NCBI GenBank assembly: GCA_964475625.1
Contig: CAYYXK010000001.1
Coordinates: 30,935-94,934 of the forward strand
From: an uncultured Thermoplasmata archaeon
GTDB taxonomy: Archaea > Thermoplasmatota > Thermoplasmata > WALJ01
Direction: 5' to 3'
Length of the DNA: 64,000 nt
Part shown: one piece after another, positions 35,220 through 45,393 of the stretch
How positions within the stretch are numbered: position 1 is the first letter of the stretch
Layout: each line of letters begins with the position of its first letter
Notes under the pieces: generated by a model
What the model saw: only the letters and a program-made list of their open reading frames with translations
Told to the model about the DNA's origin: nothing
The model's database searches: none
Position numbers and translations under genes: made by a program

Positions 35220-36137
35220 ATGTCCGATGACAGCTTTGATCTGGAAAAAGCGAAAGCCACCTCAAAAAAGATACTCTACGCATCCGTAGGAATGGCGGTA
35301 ATTTTCATATTCGTGGGTATCCTTGAGATGAACGGTTCGATGAAGACCATGTTTGATGCCTTCGACTATTTCATATTCGCCATACTTGCGATGACGGGGC
35401 CCTATGGCATATACAAAGGAAAGATAGACAAAACCATAGATGAGATAGAGAAAAGGCTTCCCGACTTCCTAAGAGATGTGGCGGAAGCGGGAAGATTCGG
35501 AATGACACTCGCGGATGCCATAGTTGTCGCCGCATCCGGGAGATATGGTAAACTGACCCCGGAAATAAAGAAAATGGCCGCACAGATACAGTGGGGAGTT
35601 CCGGCCACTCAGGCCCTCAAATTATTTGCCGAGAGGATAGATACTCCTCTCGTGAGGAGGGTCACCACCATAGTCATAAAATCTTCGGATGCCGGAGGTA
35701 ATGTCGCTGATGTTCTTTCTATGGTCTCTCACAGTGTAAAAGATGTCCACCATGCAAAGGAAGAATTAAGCATAGAGATGGTCACTTATCTGGCTGTTAT
35801 CTATATCTCATTCATGGTTTTCATAGCCACGATACTCATCCTTGACCTGACATTCCTTCCCCAGATGGAACAGGCCGGAGAAGCCCTGTCCCGTTCCGCG
35901 GATATAAGTAGTGGCGCAGGTTCCGTGACACTGATACAATCCGAATACATACCGGAGATCAAGTTCATATTCACACTCACCATCATAATACACGGAGTGG
36001 GAGATGGATTGGTGGCGGGAATACTATCTAAAGGCAAGTTCTCGGAAGGCATGAAGCATGCATTTATCATGGTCCTTATAGGTTTCATCACTTTAAGGGT
36101 CATGTTCGGCGGATTGAACCTTGCAGGAGGCGGATAA
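35220..36137 (+). CDS. TadB/TadC-like platform protein, C-terminal half (second T2SSF-type domain)
   Basis: Its architecture is similar to the preceding ORF. It starts 1 nt after the preceding stop. Confidence 0.6.
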   Translation: MSDDSFDLEKAKATSKKILYASVGMAVIFIFVGILEMNGSMKTMFDAFDYFIFAILAMTGPYGIYKGKIDKTIDEIEKRLPDFLRDVAEAGRFGMTLADAIVVAASGRYGKLTPEIKKMAAQIQWGVPATQALKLFAERIDTPLVRRVTTIVIKSSDAGGNVADVLSMVSHSVKDVHHAKEELSIEMVTYLAVIYISFMVFIATILILDLTFLPQMEQAGEALSRSADISSGAGSVTLIQSEYIPEIKFIFTLTIIIHGVGDGLVAGILSKGKFSEGMKHAFIMVLIGFITLRVMFGGLNLAGGG

Positions 36138-37817
36138 ATGGCGGGAAGCCAAGTGGTAGAAAAAGTGGAGAAAAAGGAGGATACCGCTCCCCCACCGGGA
36201 ATCAAGGACAAAGTGATATCGTTCGCAATAGGAAAGACGCCGGTCAAGATAATGCTTCCGAAGGAAGAGACATCCAGAGACCTCTCAAAAGACATCACAC
36301 TGATACCCAAGATAGTGGATATGCATGTCAATGAAATCGAGATAGAACCCGTTGAAGAGCCGTATTCATATGTAAGGATAAAGTACGATACGATATCGAA
36401 CGAATATATGTATGAAGTAATAGAGCCCCAGTTGAACGATGATGAGGATGAGGTTTTGATAGCGGTCAGGAAGGCACTTGTCGATAGGTTTAACCTCGTC
36501 GGCAAGGAGGAAATGAACAATAGAGAGGAGATTCTCAGGGAACTCACGGAGAAGGCCATAGACGAAACCGGTATAGAACTTAGCGAGATATCAAGGAAAC
36601 GGATATTCTATTACACGAGAAGAGACTTCCTCGGCTTCGGAGCCATACATGTCGCTATGATAGAGAAACAAGTGGAAGACATATCTTGTGATGGCGTCAA
36701 CATACCTATATATATCTATCACAGAAAATATGGCTCCATAAAGTCGAACATAAAGTTTGAAACGGCGGAGGAACTCGATAGTTTCGTGGTATGGCTGGCA
36801 CAGAGGTCGGGAAAGCACATCTCCGTGGCAAGTCCCATGCTTGATGCCACCATGCCGGATGGCTCCAGGTTAAATGCCACACTCGGCACCCATGTGACCA
36901 AGAGGGGTTCGTCGTTCACAATAAGGCGATTCAAAGAGGACCCGTTTACCCCGATAGACCTGATAAAGTTCAAGACGATGAGTTCCGAAATGATGGCATA
37001 TCTCTGGATTGCCATAGAGAACGGCCAGTCCATGCTGATATGTGGAGGTACCGCATCGGGTAAAACCACCACACTCAATGCTGTCCTGCTGTTCATCCCG
37101 CCTCAGATGAAGATAGTCAGTATCGAGGATACTCGAGAACTCAATTTACCCCATGAGAACTGGGTGCCTACCCTTACCAGAAGCGGTTTCGGTGCCAAAA
37201 ACCCCATAACCGGAAAGGCTGCGGGGGAGATAGATATGTTCGACCTTCTGGCGGCGGCACTGAGGCAGAGGCCGCAGTACATGATGGTGGGAGAGGTCAG
37301 GGGTTCGGAAGCGTATGTTGTCTTCCAGGCCATGGCAACGGGAAAGAGCGCATACACGACATTCCACGCGGAGGATGTTCAGGCAATGGTGCACAGGCTT
37401 GAAAACGACCCGATAAACCTGCCGAGGACCCTGATCGCCGCTCTGGATATCGTGCTTCTGCAGGGACAGGTGAAGGTCGGGAAGAACATGACAAGAAGGG
37501 TCAAAGGTCTTATCGAGATAGTCGGTACGGACCCGCAGACCGATGAACTCATCACGAACAATGCATATATGTGGAACCCTGCAGACGATACCTTCAATTT
37601 CAGCGGCCACAGCTATGTCTATGAAAAGGTCGCATTGACAAAGAACTGGTCGGCCCGGGAGATGGAAAGAGAGGTCAAAAGAAGAAAGGACATACTTGAT
37701 TACATGAAGAAGATAGGGGTGAGCAACTACAAAGAGGTCGCCAGAATAGTCTCCGCATACTACAAGGACAAGAAGAAGGTCATGGAAGAGGTCAGAAGGG
37801 TTCTCGAAGAGGAATGA
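36138..37817 (+). CDS. FlaI/TadA-like type IV filament assembly ATPase (paralog 2)
   Basis: Walker A 'CGGTASGKTTTLNA' is present, along with 'GEVRGSE' and 'MATGK'. Its start abuts the preceding stop (TAAATG). Confidence 0.8.
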   Translation: MAGSQVVEKVEKKEDTAPPPGIKDKVISFAIGKTPVKIMLPKEETSRDLSKDITLIPKIVDMHVNEIEIEPVEEPYSYVRIKYDTISNEYMYEVIEPQLNDDEDEVLIAVRKALVDRFNLVGKEEMNNREEILRELTEKAIDETGIELSEISRKRIFYYTRRDFLGFGAIHVAMIEKQVEDISCDGVNIPIYIYHRKYGSIKSNIKFETAEELDSFVVWLAQRSGKHISVASPMLDATMPDGSRLNATLGTHVTKRGSSFTIRRFKEDPFTPIDLIKFKTMSSEMMAYLWIAIENGQSMLICGGTASGKTTTLNAVLLFIPPQMKIVSIEDTRELNLPHENWVPTLTRSGFGAKNPITGKAAGEIDMFDLLAAALRQRPQYMMVGEVRGSEAYVVFQAMATGKSAYTTFHAEDVQAMVHRLENDPINLPRTLIAALDIVLLQGQVKVGKNMTRRVKGLIEIVGTDPQTDELITNNAYMWNPADDTFNFSGHSYVYEKVALTKNWSAREMEREVKRRKDILDYMKKIGVSNYKEVARIVSAYYKDKKKVMEEVRRVLEEE

Positions 37818-37818
37818 A

Positions 37819-39918
37819 TTGAGGCTCAGAGATATCGTTGAAGACGAAATAGCGGATGTTTTCGCAGAGGAAGGGATAGAGGAACTTTATGAAACACAGG
37901 TAGCGCCGCTGCGCTCCGTGTATTCCGGAAATAGTGTCGTTGTTGCGTATCCTACCGCCAGCGGCAAATCTCTTATCGCATATGTCGGAGCGCTCCGTTC
38001 CGTACTGGATGGAAGGAAGGCCCTCTATATGGTACCCCTGCGTGCACTTGCATCCGAAAAATACGAGGACCTCAGAAAATTCGGAAGAATCGGAGTGAAG
38101 GTCGGCATAAGTACCGGAGATTTCGATAGAAAGGACGAAAGACTCGGAAGGAACGATATCGTCATCGCGACCTCGGAGAAGACGGACTCACTCATAAGAC
38201 ACAAAGCGAGCTGGATGCGGGAGATAGGTGCCATAATTGTCGATGAGGTGCATCTGATGAATGATATGGGTCGAGGGCCCACTCTCGAGATCACACTTTC
38301 AAAGCTCAAAAAACTAAACCCCGGAGCACAGATAATCGCTCTCTCCGCAACGATAAGCAATTCCCGTGAAATCTCGGAATGGCTGGATGCGGAGCACTTT
38401 GAAAGCGACTGGAGGCCGGTTTCGCTAAGAAAAGGTGTACACCACGGAAGAGAGATACACTTCATGGACGGTGAGAGGCGCAATCTCGGAAAGATGGGGG
38501 TAGAAGGAATAGTTTCGGATGCGCTCGGCCGCGGTGGACAGGCACTTGTTTTCGTCTCTACCCGCAGATATACCGAATCTCAGGCTGAGAAATTGATAAA
38601 AACCGTGCTGAAACACATTGAACCGCCGGACACGGATGAGATAGGTCTTCTGGGCGAGGATAAAACAGCCGAAAGACTTCTGAAATGCCTTAAGAACGGG
38701 GTGGCTTTCCACCATGCCGGCCTGTCTTCCGTTCAAAGGAAAGCCGTGGAGCGCCTGTTCAAGGATCGAAAAATCGGGGTCATAGTTGCAACGCCCACTC
38801 TTGCGGCGGGAATCAATCTTCCTGCAAAAACGGTGATAGTCCGAGATACCAAACGATATGACATGTCGGGTTTCGGATGGGTCTCTCTTCCGGTTATGGA
38901 GGTCGAGCAGATGCTCGGACGGGCAGGTAGGCCGAAGTATGATAAGGAAGGGGAGGGTGTTATAGTTGCGAAATCAAAGGAAGACATCGAAAAGCTCAGG
39001 GAAATCTATCTTGAGGGGGAAAGCGAACCGGTCAGGTCATCTCTGGGTGCGGAAGATTCGTTGAGAACGCATACCCTTGCTCTCATATCCACCTTCGGAA
39101 TCTCATCCGAAGAAGAACTGTATGAATTTTACTCCTCCACATTCTATGGGAAACAGAACGATGTGATGAAGCTCGAAAGAGCGATACGAAGGGTGCTTCA
39201 ATTCCTTTTCGACAATGACCTTATCGAGATAGGGAACGGAGAACTCAGACCTACGGATTTCGGTATAAGGACCTCGGAGACATACATTGACCCCCTGAGT
39301 GCGGTTATCATAAGAAATGCACTTGAAACCACGGACGAGATAAGTGATTTCGGCTATCTTCACACTCTGGGCCTTACTCCAGATATGTATCCTCTTTATC
39401 CTAAAAAAGGAGAGGAAAGCAGGATATACGAAATGATGGGGAAAGATGAATATGAGACGCCCATAAGCCCTTATGACATGCGCGAAAACCGATATGTGCC
39501 TGCCTTCAAAGTGGCCCTTGTGCTCCATGACTGGATAAAAGAGGTTCCGGAGAAAAAGATAACCGAGGAGTGGAACATCTATCCGGGAGACCTCGCTTCA
39601 AGGGTTGAACTCTCGGAATGGCTTATGACATCCACCCGTGAACTCTCCCGACTTTTCAGGCCGGAGGATACGCATCGTATCTCACTGCTCGTTGAAAGGA
39701 TACACCATGGAGTGGAGGAAAATGTCCTTAACATGATGCGTTTGGAAGGCATAGGTCGGACAAGGGGAAGAGCGCTCTACAACGCCGGTTTCCACAGCAT
39801 ATCCGATTTAAGGGGCGCTACGGAGGAACAGCTTCGGGATGTTCCCGGAATCGGTGAGGAACTCGCAAAAAGGATAAAGGAACAGGTGGGTGGAAAAAGA
39901 GAACACGGATACTGGTAA
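37819..39918 (+). CDS. hel308: Hel308/Hjm Ski2-like DNA helicase
   Basis: 'AYPTASGKSLIA', 'VDEVH', 'SATISN' and 'HHAGL' are present, with a C-terminal HhH domain. The TTG start at 37819 has a GAGGAA SD and lies 1 nt after the preceding stop. Confidence 0.85.
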   Translation: MRLRDIVEDEIADVFAEEGIEELYETQVAPLRSVYSGNSVVVAYPTASGKSLIAYVGALRSVLDGRKALYMVPLRALASEKYEDLRKFGRIGVKVGISTGDFDRKDERLGRNDIVIATSEKTDSLIRHKASWMREIGAIIVDEVHLMNDMGRGPTLEITLSKLKKLNPGAQIIALSATISNSREISEWLDAEHFESDWRPVSLRKGVHHGREIHFMDGERRNLGKMGVEGIVSDALGRGGQALVFVSTRRYTESQAEKLIKTVLKHIEPPDTDEIGLLGEDKTAERLLKCLKNGVAFHHAGLSSVQRKAVERLFKDRKIGVIVATPTLAAGINLPAKTVIVRDTKRYDMSGFGWVSLPVMEVEQMLGRAGRPKYDKEGEGVIVAKSKEDIEKLREIYLEGESEPVRSSLGAEDSLRTHTLALISTFGISSEEELYEFYSSTFYGKQNDVMKLERAIRRVLQFLFDNDLIEIGNGELRPTDFGIRTSETYIDPLSAVIIRNALETTDEISDFGYLHTLGLTPDMYPLYPKKGEESRIYEMMGKDEYETPISPYDMRENRYVPAFKVALVLHDWIKEVPEKKITEEWNIYPGDLASRVELSEWLMTSTRELSRLFRPEDTHRISLLVERIHHGVEENVLNMMRLEGIGRTRGRALYNAGFHSISDLRGATEEQLRDVPGIGEELAKRIKEQVGGKREHGYW

Positions 39919-39947
39919 GTTTAATTTACCGAATGTGTTTCGGGATT

Positions 39948-40508
39948 ATGCTCTCCGAAAAAGGTGCTCGTCCGGAAGAATCGCTTCTGTTGATCATAGA
40001 TTATCAAGAGAAATTGTTTCCCGGGGTGGATGAGAGATACAGAAAAAGGATCTTGGATGCTGTTCCCAAGCTTATCAGGGCTGCGAAGATTCTGGGAATT
40101 CCTGTCATTCATACCGAACAGTATCCGAAGGGGCTTGGGAGGACAATACCTGAGATATCCGAATATCTGGAAGGTAAAGCGATAGAGAAGAGCGCGTTCA
40201 GTTGTTTCGGGTCTGATGAGTTCAGGGACGCTGTTGTGGAAAGTGCCGCCCGTTATCTCATAATCGCAGGAATAGAGACCCATATCTGTGTGAACCAGAC
40301 GGCTTTTGATGCCGTTGATATGGGATATACGGCAGTACTTGTGGAAGATGGGAGCGGTAGCCGAAAAACGGATGACCATGAGACCGCAGTACGAAAAATG
40401 GAGAACAACGGCGTCCTTGTGGAAAGTTCGGAGATGATAATCTACGAGTGGCTGGAGAGCGCAAAGAACAGAAATTTCAAAAAGATTCTGGATATTGTAA
40501 AAGGTTGA
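39948..40508 (+). CDS. Isochorismatase-family cysteine hydrolase
   Basis: It shows an 'IIDYQ...D.......AG.ETHICV' pattern. An alternative ATG lies at 39933. Confidence 0.65.
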   Translation: MLSEKGARPEESLLLIIDYQEKLFPGVDERYRKRILDAVPKLIRAAKILGIPVIHTEQYPKGLGRTIPEISEYLEGKAIEKSAFSCFGSDEFRDAVVESAARYLIIAGIETHICVNQTAFDAVDMGYTAVLVEDGSGSRKTDDHETAVRKMENNGVLVESSEMIIYEWLESAKNRNFKKILDIVKG

Positions 40509-40512
40509 GGGT

Positions 40513-41250
40513 TCAGTAATTCTCCACTCTGGGTGCGAGAAGATACTTTACCGAGCCGTTGCCGGATGCGATTTCGAACGCGAGGTCCAGCGGGTAATCG
40601 CTGCCGATCCTTATGCTCACATTCGGGCTTCTTATGGTGGAAACAATCTTTGAAAAATAGTCCAGCGGATATGTGCTTCTACCGGGCTCCTTGACATCGA
40701 GTTCTACCAGATCCTCCTTGCCGAGGTGTAGACTGGCCTCATCCGCACTTTCTGACTTGGATGTCAGGTCGAAACCGTTCTCATCTATCATCAGTATTAT
40801 ATTGTCTCCTATGGACTTCGCAGCGCTCACCCCTTTCTTTATCTCCACGACAGGTGCGATCGCCCTTGCCGGAAGGTCAAGGTTCGGAACCTTTGGCTCA
40901 GTCATGCTGCTGTCATCTATGAGCGGCATCTTTCTCGTTATGTTACCCACTTTTATAACGAAGAGGTTGGCTTCCTCGTCCTGGTCCAACACAACATCCG
41001 CATCGAGAGAGCCCAGTTTCAATACATCCTTCATTTTCTCAAGGTCAACTCCGAAAGATGTTCCGTCCGCATCATACTCCTGAAATGCGGACTTGTTGAG
41101 GTCCAGCGATATCATCGCTATTCTCGATGGGTCAACGGCCTTTATATGTATCCCTTCTCCATCAATATCGAACTTGGCCTCAGGTACAAGAGTGAATATT
41201 ATATCGACCATCTCTCGGAGCACATTGAGCTTCGTCTTCGCGTGGAACAT
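40513..41250 (-). CDS. pcn: DNA polymerase sliding clamp PCNA
   Basis: It is 245 aa with PCNA fold motifs and a 'LAPRVE' C-terminus. Confidence 0.8.
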   Translation of the reverse strand: MFHAKTKLNVLREMVDIIFTLVPEAKFDIDGEGIHIKAVDPSRIAMISLDLNKSAFQEYDADGTSFGVDLEKMKDVLKLGSLDADVVLDQDEEANLFVIKVGNITRKMPLIDDSSMTEPKVPNLDLPARAIAPVVEIKKGVSAAKSIGDNIILMIDENGFDLTSKSESADEASLHLGKEDLVELDVKEPGRSTYPLDYFSKIVSTIRSPNVSIRIGSDYPLDLAFEIASGNGSVKYLLAPRVENY

Positions 41251-41307
41251 GTTATCATCCTCACACCCCCAACTCTTATTTTCTTATAAATCTTGCGAGA
41301 GGGAAAG

Positions 41308-41315
41308 CTATAAAT
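41308..41315 (+). promoter_or_regulatory. TATA box (ctataaat) of the 5S rRNA promoter
   Basis: It lies about 27 bp upstream of the 5S 5' end. Confidence 0.5.
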
Positions 41316-41337
41316 ACGGCCTAGGGTTAGCCGGGTC

Positions 41338-41459
<122 letters not shown>

Positions 41460-41529
41460 TTTTCTCTTCAAACAAAAAGCATAAGAGTAAAGGTTTTAAT
41501 ATCGTCAGTTATAGGGGAGGAACGATAAC

Positions 41530-43416
41530 ATGAAGAGAAGGTTGGTTCTTGTAACAGCGGCCCTGATTTTCGCGGCCATGCAGTTCTCTATGCTGGGAGT
41601 CATGATGGGTGACGCATATCCTCCCGTGACCGGTGGAGATGTAGAGTGTGATACGACCCTGCAGATGATACCTATGACCCACACCATAGGCGGAGGTACG
41701 ATACACTGGCATATAACAGGCGACAATGCAAGGGAACTGAGAATGCTCATACTGGACCGCTTGGACAATGCGACTATAAACGACATCGCTCCGAATGATA
41801 CTGGCCAAGGTAGGAGAATCGGAGAAATAGATGAGTCCGAAATACGGGCCTATGTTGCAGCAGGAGATCATTCTTTCCTACAGAACTACATTCAGGGAAT
41901 TCGAAAAATGTGGATTCGTGTTGATAATGATACTAGAACATTTGAAGAGAATCCCTCTGGAGAGAACTATGATACGGTTATGTTTCAGGGTGTAGAGATA
42001 ACCCGTGCATCTCTTTCCAACAATAATATATATCAAGATACGGATGGTCTTATTGGACAGACGGCCGATTCCAACGCAGACATAGATATCTTCATGACCA
42101 TAAGTATGAAAGATACTGTTCGCATTACTGATATAGACCTTTCCAACCCCACCATACTTAAAGCGCCCTTTGAATGCCTTACAATGTTCGATGAGAACGG
42201 GGATGTCGTTGATTCCGTGGAATATCGTGGAGACGGGGGCATGACCCACTGGACTATTAGCATCGGCTTTGATAGCTTCTATAATCCTTCTGTAAAAACC
42301 GGCACTCTGTATCTCATAAGAACCCCTGCGGGAGAAGTGTACAGATACAGCACGGATGTCCAAGACGGCGGTGTTATGGAAGAAGGAATGCAGCACAGTG
42401 ATTTTAATCCCATTGAAAACCCCCAGATACTTTTCATAATAATGATAGTCTTCGGCTATCTGGCTGTTGCGCTCCCCACACATTTTTATCTGAAATACAG
42501 GAGCAGATATCCCAAAAGATATCGCGTAGAGGCAAAAAGGATCAAATGGCTGCACTGGCTCGGAAGAATTTTCCTTCTTTTGATGCTCTTGCTCTATTTC
42601 TGGCCCATGATCGGGACATTCTATTTCTCAGGTATCATGTTCATAGGTATGAGCATCGGATTGGTTGCTCTCTCCGCAGTGCTCAGTAAAGTGACATATG
42701 AAAGGGCGGAGGCGGCCATACCCCCCGAATATTTCGAAGAGAAAAAGGCCATCGGGAAGGCGCAACCTGCAAAAAAGAGAAAGAAAACCCCTACGCCTCC
42801 TGTTGCGGCATCATATGAACCGGATAAGGACAAGATACACTGCATAAGGTGTGGTGCATTGATAACCATAAAGGAAGGAGAGAACCTTCTGAAAGTGAAA
42901 TGCCCCGTATGCGGAGCTGTACAAAAAAGAGTTGAGCGCGGATACAACCACCTCATACTGGACAGCAGCCTGAAAAACACATATAACATGTTGGCTGATT
43001 TTCTGAGGGACGGGGACGTGGCTCTGTGCCTCAGTACCAGTATGCCGGGCAAACTGAAAAGGACCTATCACCTTTCGGGAAAACTGAAATGTATATGGCT
43101 CAGCGCGGCGGGAGGAAAAGACACCCTTGATCCGTCGAACATAGACAAGATATCCGAGACCATAGATCGTTTCGCGGAAAAATACCCGGCATCAATCATA
43201 CTGGTGGACGGGCTTGAGTACCTTGTCGTGGAACACGGCTTCGATGCGGTATCGAGATTCCTCAAAAAGGTGATGGACACGGCATCCATGAGGGATATAA
43301 CACTGATGGTTCCAATTAACCCTGCTTCTTTAAGCAGCGATGAACTTACCATATTGAAGGGTGAGTTCGACAGAGTGGAGGCCCTGGAGGATATGGATGA
43401 AAGGGAATTCTTCTGA
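41530..43416 (+). CDS. Membrane receptor-like protein. It has a signal peptide and ~300-aa extracellular domain, TM helices, a cytoplasmic zinc ribbon, and a C-terminal degenerate KaiC/RecA-like (DUF835-like) domain
   Basis: The signal peptide is 'MKRRLVLVTAALIFAAMQF'. Hydrophobic helices lie at ~aa 295-380. It has 'CIRCG...CPVCG' and a C-terminal 'IILVDGLEYLVVEHGFD...ITLMVPINP' domain. GGGGAGG is the SD before the ATG. Confidence 0.5.
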   Translation: MKRRLVLVTAALIFAAMQFSMLGVMMGDAYPPVTGGDVECDTTLQMIPMTHTIGGGTIHWHITGDNARELRMLILDRLDNATINDIAPNDTGQGRRIGEIDESEIRAYVAAGDHSFLQNYIQGIRKMWIRVDNDTRTFEENPSGENYDTVMFQGVEITRASLSNNNIYQDTDGLIGQTADSNADIDIFMTISMKDTVRITDIDLSNPTILKAPFECLTMFDENGDVVDSVEYRGDGGMTHWTISIGFDSFYNPSVKTGTLYLIRTPAGEVYRYSTDVQDGGVMEEGMQHSDFNPIENPQILFIIMIVFGYLAVALPTHFYLKYRSRYPKRYRVEAKRIKWLHWLGRIFLLLMLLLYFWPMIGTFYFSGIMFIGMSIGLVALSAVLSKVTYERAEAAIPPEYFEEKKAIGKAQPAKKRKKTPTPPVAASYEPDKDKIHCIRCGALITIKEGENLLKVKCPVCGAVQKRVERGYNHLILDSSLKNTYNMLADFLRDGDVALCLSTSMPGKLKRTYHLSGKLKCIWLSAAGGKDTLDPSNIDKISETIDRFAEKYPASIILVDGLEYLVVEHGFDAVSRFLKKVMDTASMRDITLMVPINPASLSSDELTILKGEFDRVEALEDMDEREFF

Positions 43417-43417
43417 G

Positions 43418-43813
43418 ATGCGGACGGCCGTAGCCGCACTTTTTCTTGGAGAAGGTAGAGAGGCCCTCACCGAGGACGAGGCCCTCCTTTCCATTTCCGT
43501 AAAAAGAAGATGGTTCTCTCCCGAGCTTGCAAAGATATTCATAGAGAATGCGCTCTCTTCGGGCCTCATCAAACGTGATGGAAAATACATCAAACCCTCT
43601 TTCGAATACGGCGAACTGGAGATTCCTTATGGATATTATCCCGATGATAGCGTCCTCGCGACAGGCGAAGAAACCGAAGATATACCCGTTGATGCGCTCT
43701 CCATGGACTATCCGTTTACGGATGAGGTCAAGTCTCTGATATATCTTATGAGAAAGGGGGAGGATGTGCGGAACAAACTGGATGCCGTAGAAAAGAAGCT
43801 CATGGAAAACTGA
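43418..43813 (+). CDS. Hypothetical conserved archaeal protein, coupled to the upstream receptor-like gene
   Basis: The ATG lies 1 nt after the preceding stop, and the ORF-track start at 43361 is an in-frame extension into the upstream gene. There is no recognisable catalytic motif. Confidence 0.4.
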   Translation: MRTAVAALFLGEGREALTEDEALLSISVKRRWFSPELAKIFIENALSSGLIKRDGKYIKPSFEYGELEIPYGYYPDDSVLATGEETEDIPVDALSMDYPFTDEVKSLIYLMRKGEDVRNKLDAVEKKLMEN

Positions 43814-43831
43814 AAGAAAAAAAGGGTTTGT

Positions 43832-44965
43832 TCAGTTCACAAAGTCGATTTCATCGGATTCAACTTCGTTGCCGCCGAAGCTCCTTGATTCAGAGCCGAC
43901 TATCTGTGAGGATTTTACACCGGTTATGACCACCAGAACTCTTATTGTTCTTTCCAGTTCCGGTTCTACGGAGCATCCCCAAATTATCCTTGCCTGCGAG
44001 CTTATCTTATCGCTTACCATCTTGGCAGCCTTCTCCGCCTCGGCAACGGTCATATCCGGGCCGCCCACAACACGAACAAGTGCTCCTTTTCCGTCGCTGA
44101 TATCAACCTCTCCGAGAAGCGGGGATGTGAGCGCTTCGGTCATGGCATCCTCAACCCTATTGGACGGTGCGTCGGATTCGCCTATGCCTATTATGGCCAT
44201 TCCCGCACCTTCCATTATGGTTCGAACATCGTTGTAATCAAGATTTACGAGGCCGGGCTTGGTGATTATCTCGGTTATGCCCTTTATGGAGCGCATGAGT
44301 ATCTCGTCCGCAACCTTGAAAGCCGCTTCAAGAGGCATCCTCGGGACAAGTTCGAGAAGTTTATCGTTCGGTATGACGATGGTCGTATCGCATACTCTTC
44401 TCAACTTCTCAACGCCCTTTATGGCGTTCTCCATCCTCTTCACACCTTCTGCTTTGAACGGAAGTGTGACAATGGCCATGACAAGAGCTCCTGCGTCTTT
44501 GGCCTTTCTGGCTAGATAGTATGCTGTTCCGGTTCCAGTGCCTCCGCCCATTCCGGCAGTGACGAAGACTATGTCCGCATCGGCTATTGCTCTCTCGATA
44601 TCATCTTCGGCCTCCTGTGCGGCTTTTTCCCCAATCTCCGGAATCGCTCCGGCACCGAGACCTCTTGTGAGCTTCTTTCCCGTCAATATCTTCTTATGAG
44701 ATTTTATCGTCAGAAGATGCTTTGCATCCGTGTTCAGGGCGATGAGTTCCGCGCCGACGATTCCCTCTTCGTAAAGCCGATTTATAGTGTTCGAACCGCC
44801 GCCCCCACATCCTGTTATCTTTATCTTCACCTGAAGGCTTTCAACCAGTTTCTTGAGTTCTTCATCATCGGCCGATTCCATCATCTCAGCCGCCTGAACC
44901 TCCGCACTTTTTTCCTTTGCGCTCTCTTTAAGCACCTTATCAACTATCGACTTCATATTGAACAC
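43832..44965 (-). CDS. ftsZ: Cell division GTPase FtsZ
   Basis: '[13 protein letters not shown]' is present, with the tubulin signature 'GMGGGTGTG'. Confidence 0.9.
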   Translation of the reverse strand: MFNMKSIVDKVLKESAKEKSAEVQAAEMMESADDEELKKLVESLQVKIKITGCGGGGSNTINRLYEEGIVGAELIALNTDAKHLLTIKSHKKILTGKKLTRGLGAGAIPEIGEKAAQEAEDDIERAIADADIVFVTAGMGGGTGTGTAYYLARKAKDAGALVMAIVTLPFKAEGVKRMENAIKGVEKLRRVCDTTIVIPNDKLLELVPRMPLEAAFKVADEILMRSIKGITEIITKPGLVNLDYNDVRTIMEGAGMAIIGIGESDAPSNRVEDAMTEALTSPLLGEVDISDGKGALVRVVGGPDMTVAEAEKAAKMVSDKISSQARIIWGCSVEPELERTIRVLVVITGVKSSQIVGSESRSFGGNEVESDEIDFVN

Positions 44966-45003
44966 CTGATTTGTACGGGCTAATGGGTGATTAGATATAT
45001 AAA

Positions 45004-45309
45004 TTATCCGCTTGCGCTCACGAAGGGCAACAGGAAATGTCTCATCGCTCTGAGCCTTTCATCGCTCTTTCCGGTTATGGTTACGGCGGCATCACTGAGG
45101 GTGAGCTTCAGCTTAAGAGGTTTTTCATCAACCACCTCTATATTTTTTATATCCTTTATGGGTATTTCATAAAAAGTGTCTCCTATACCCACAATTATGT
45201 CTGATACTGATAGATACAACTCTCCCTTCTTCCACTTGAGGCTTATGTTGACATTGTCGTCAAGGAGATTGACCGAAAAGGCCACCGTTTCAAGCTTCTG
45301 TATCTCCAT
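45004..45309 (-). CDS. Hypothetical small protein downstream of ftsZ
   Basis: This is a 101-aa ORF with no recognisable motif. Confidence 0.3.
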   Translation of the reverse strand: MEIQKLETVAFSVNLLDDNVNISLKWKKGELYLSVSDIIVGIGDTFYEIPIKDIKNIEVVDEKPLKLKLTLSDAAVTITGKSDERLRAMRHFLLPFVSASG

Positions 45310-45393
45310 CGAATACCACTATAATTTAACAAGATGCCATACGCTATAAATAGCTTTCGTAAATCTCTTTATAGTTGCAAATAATGCGCGATT

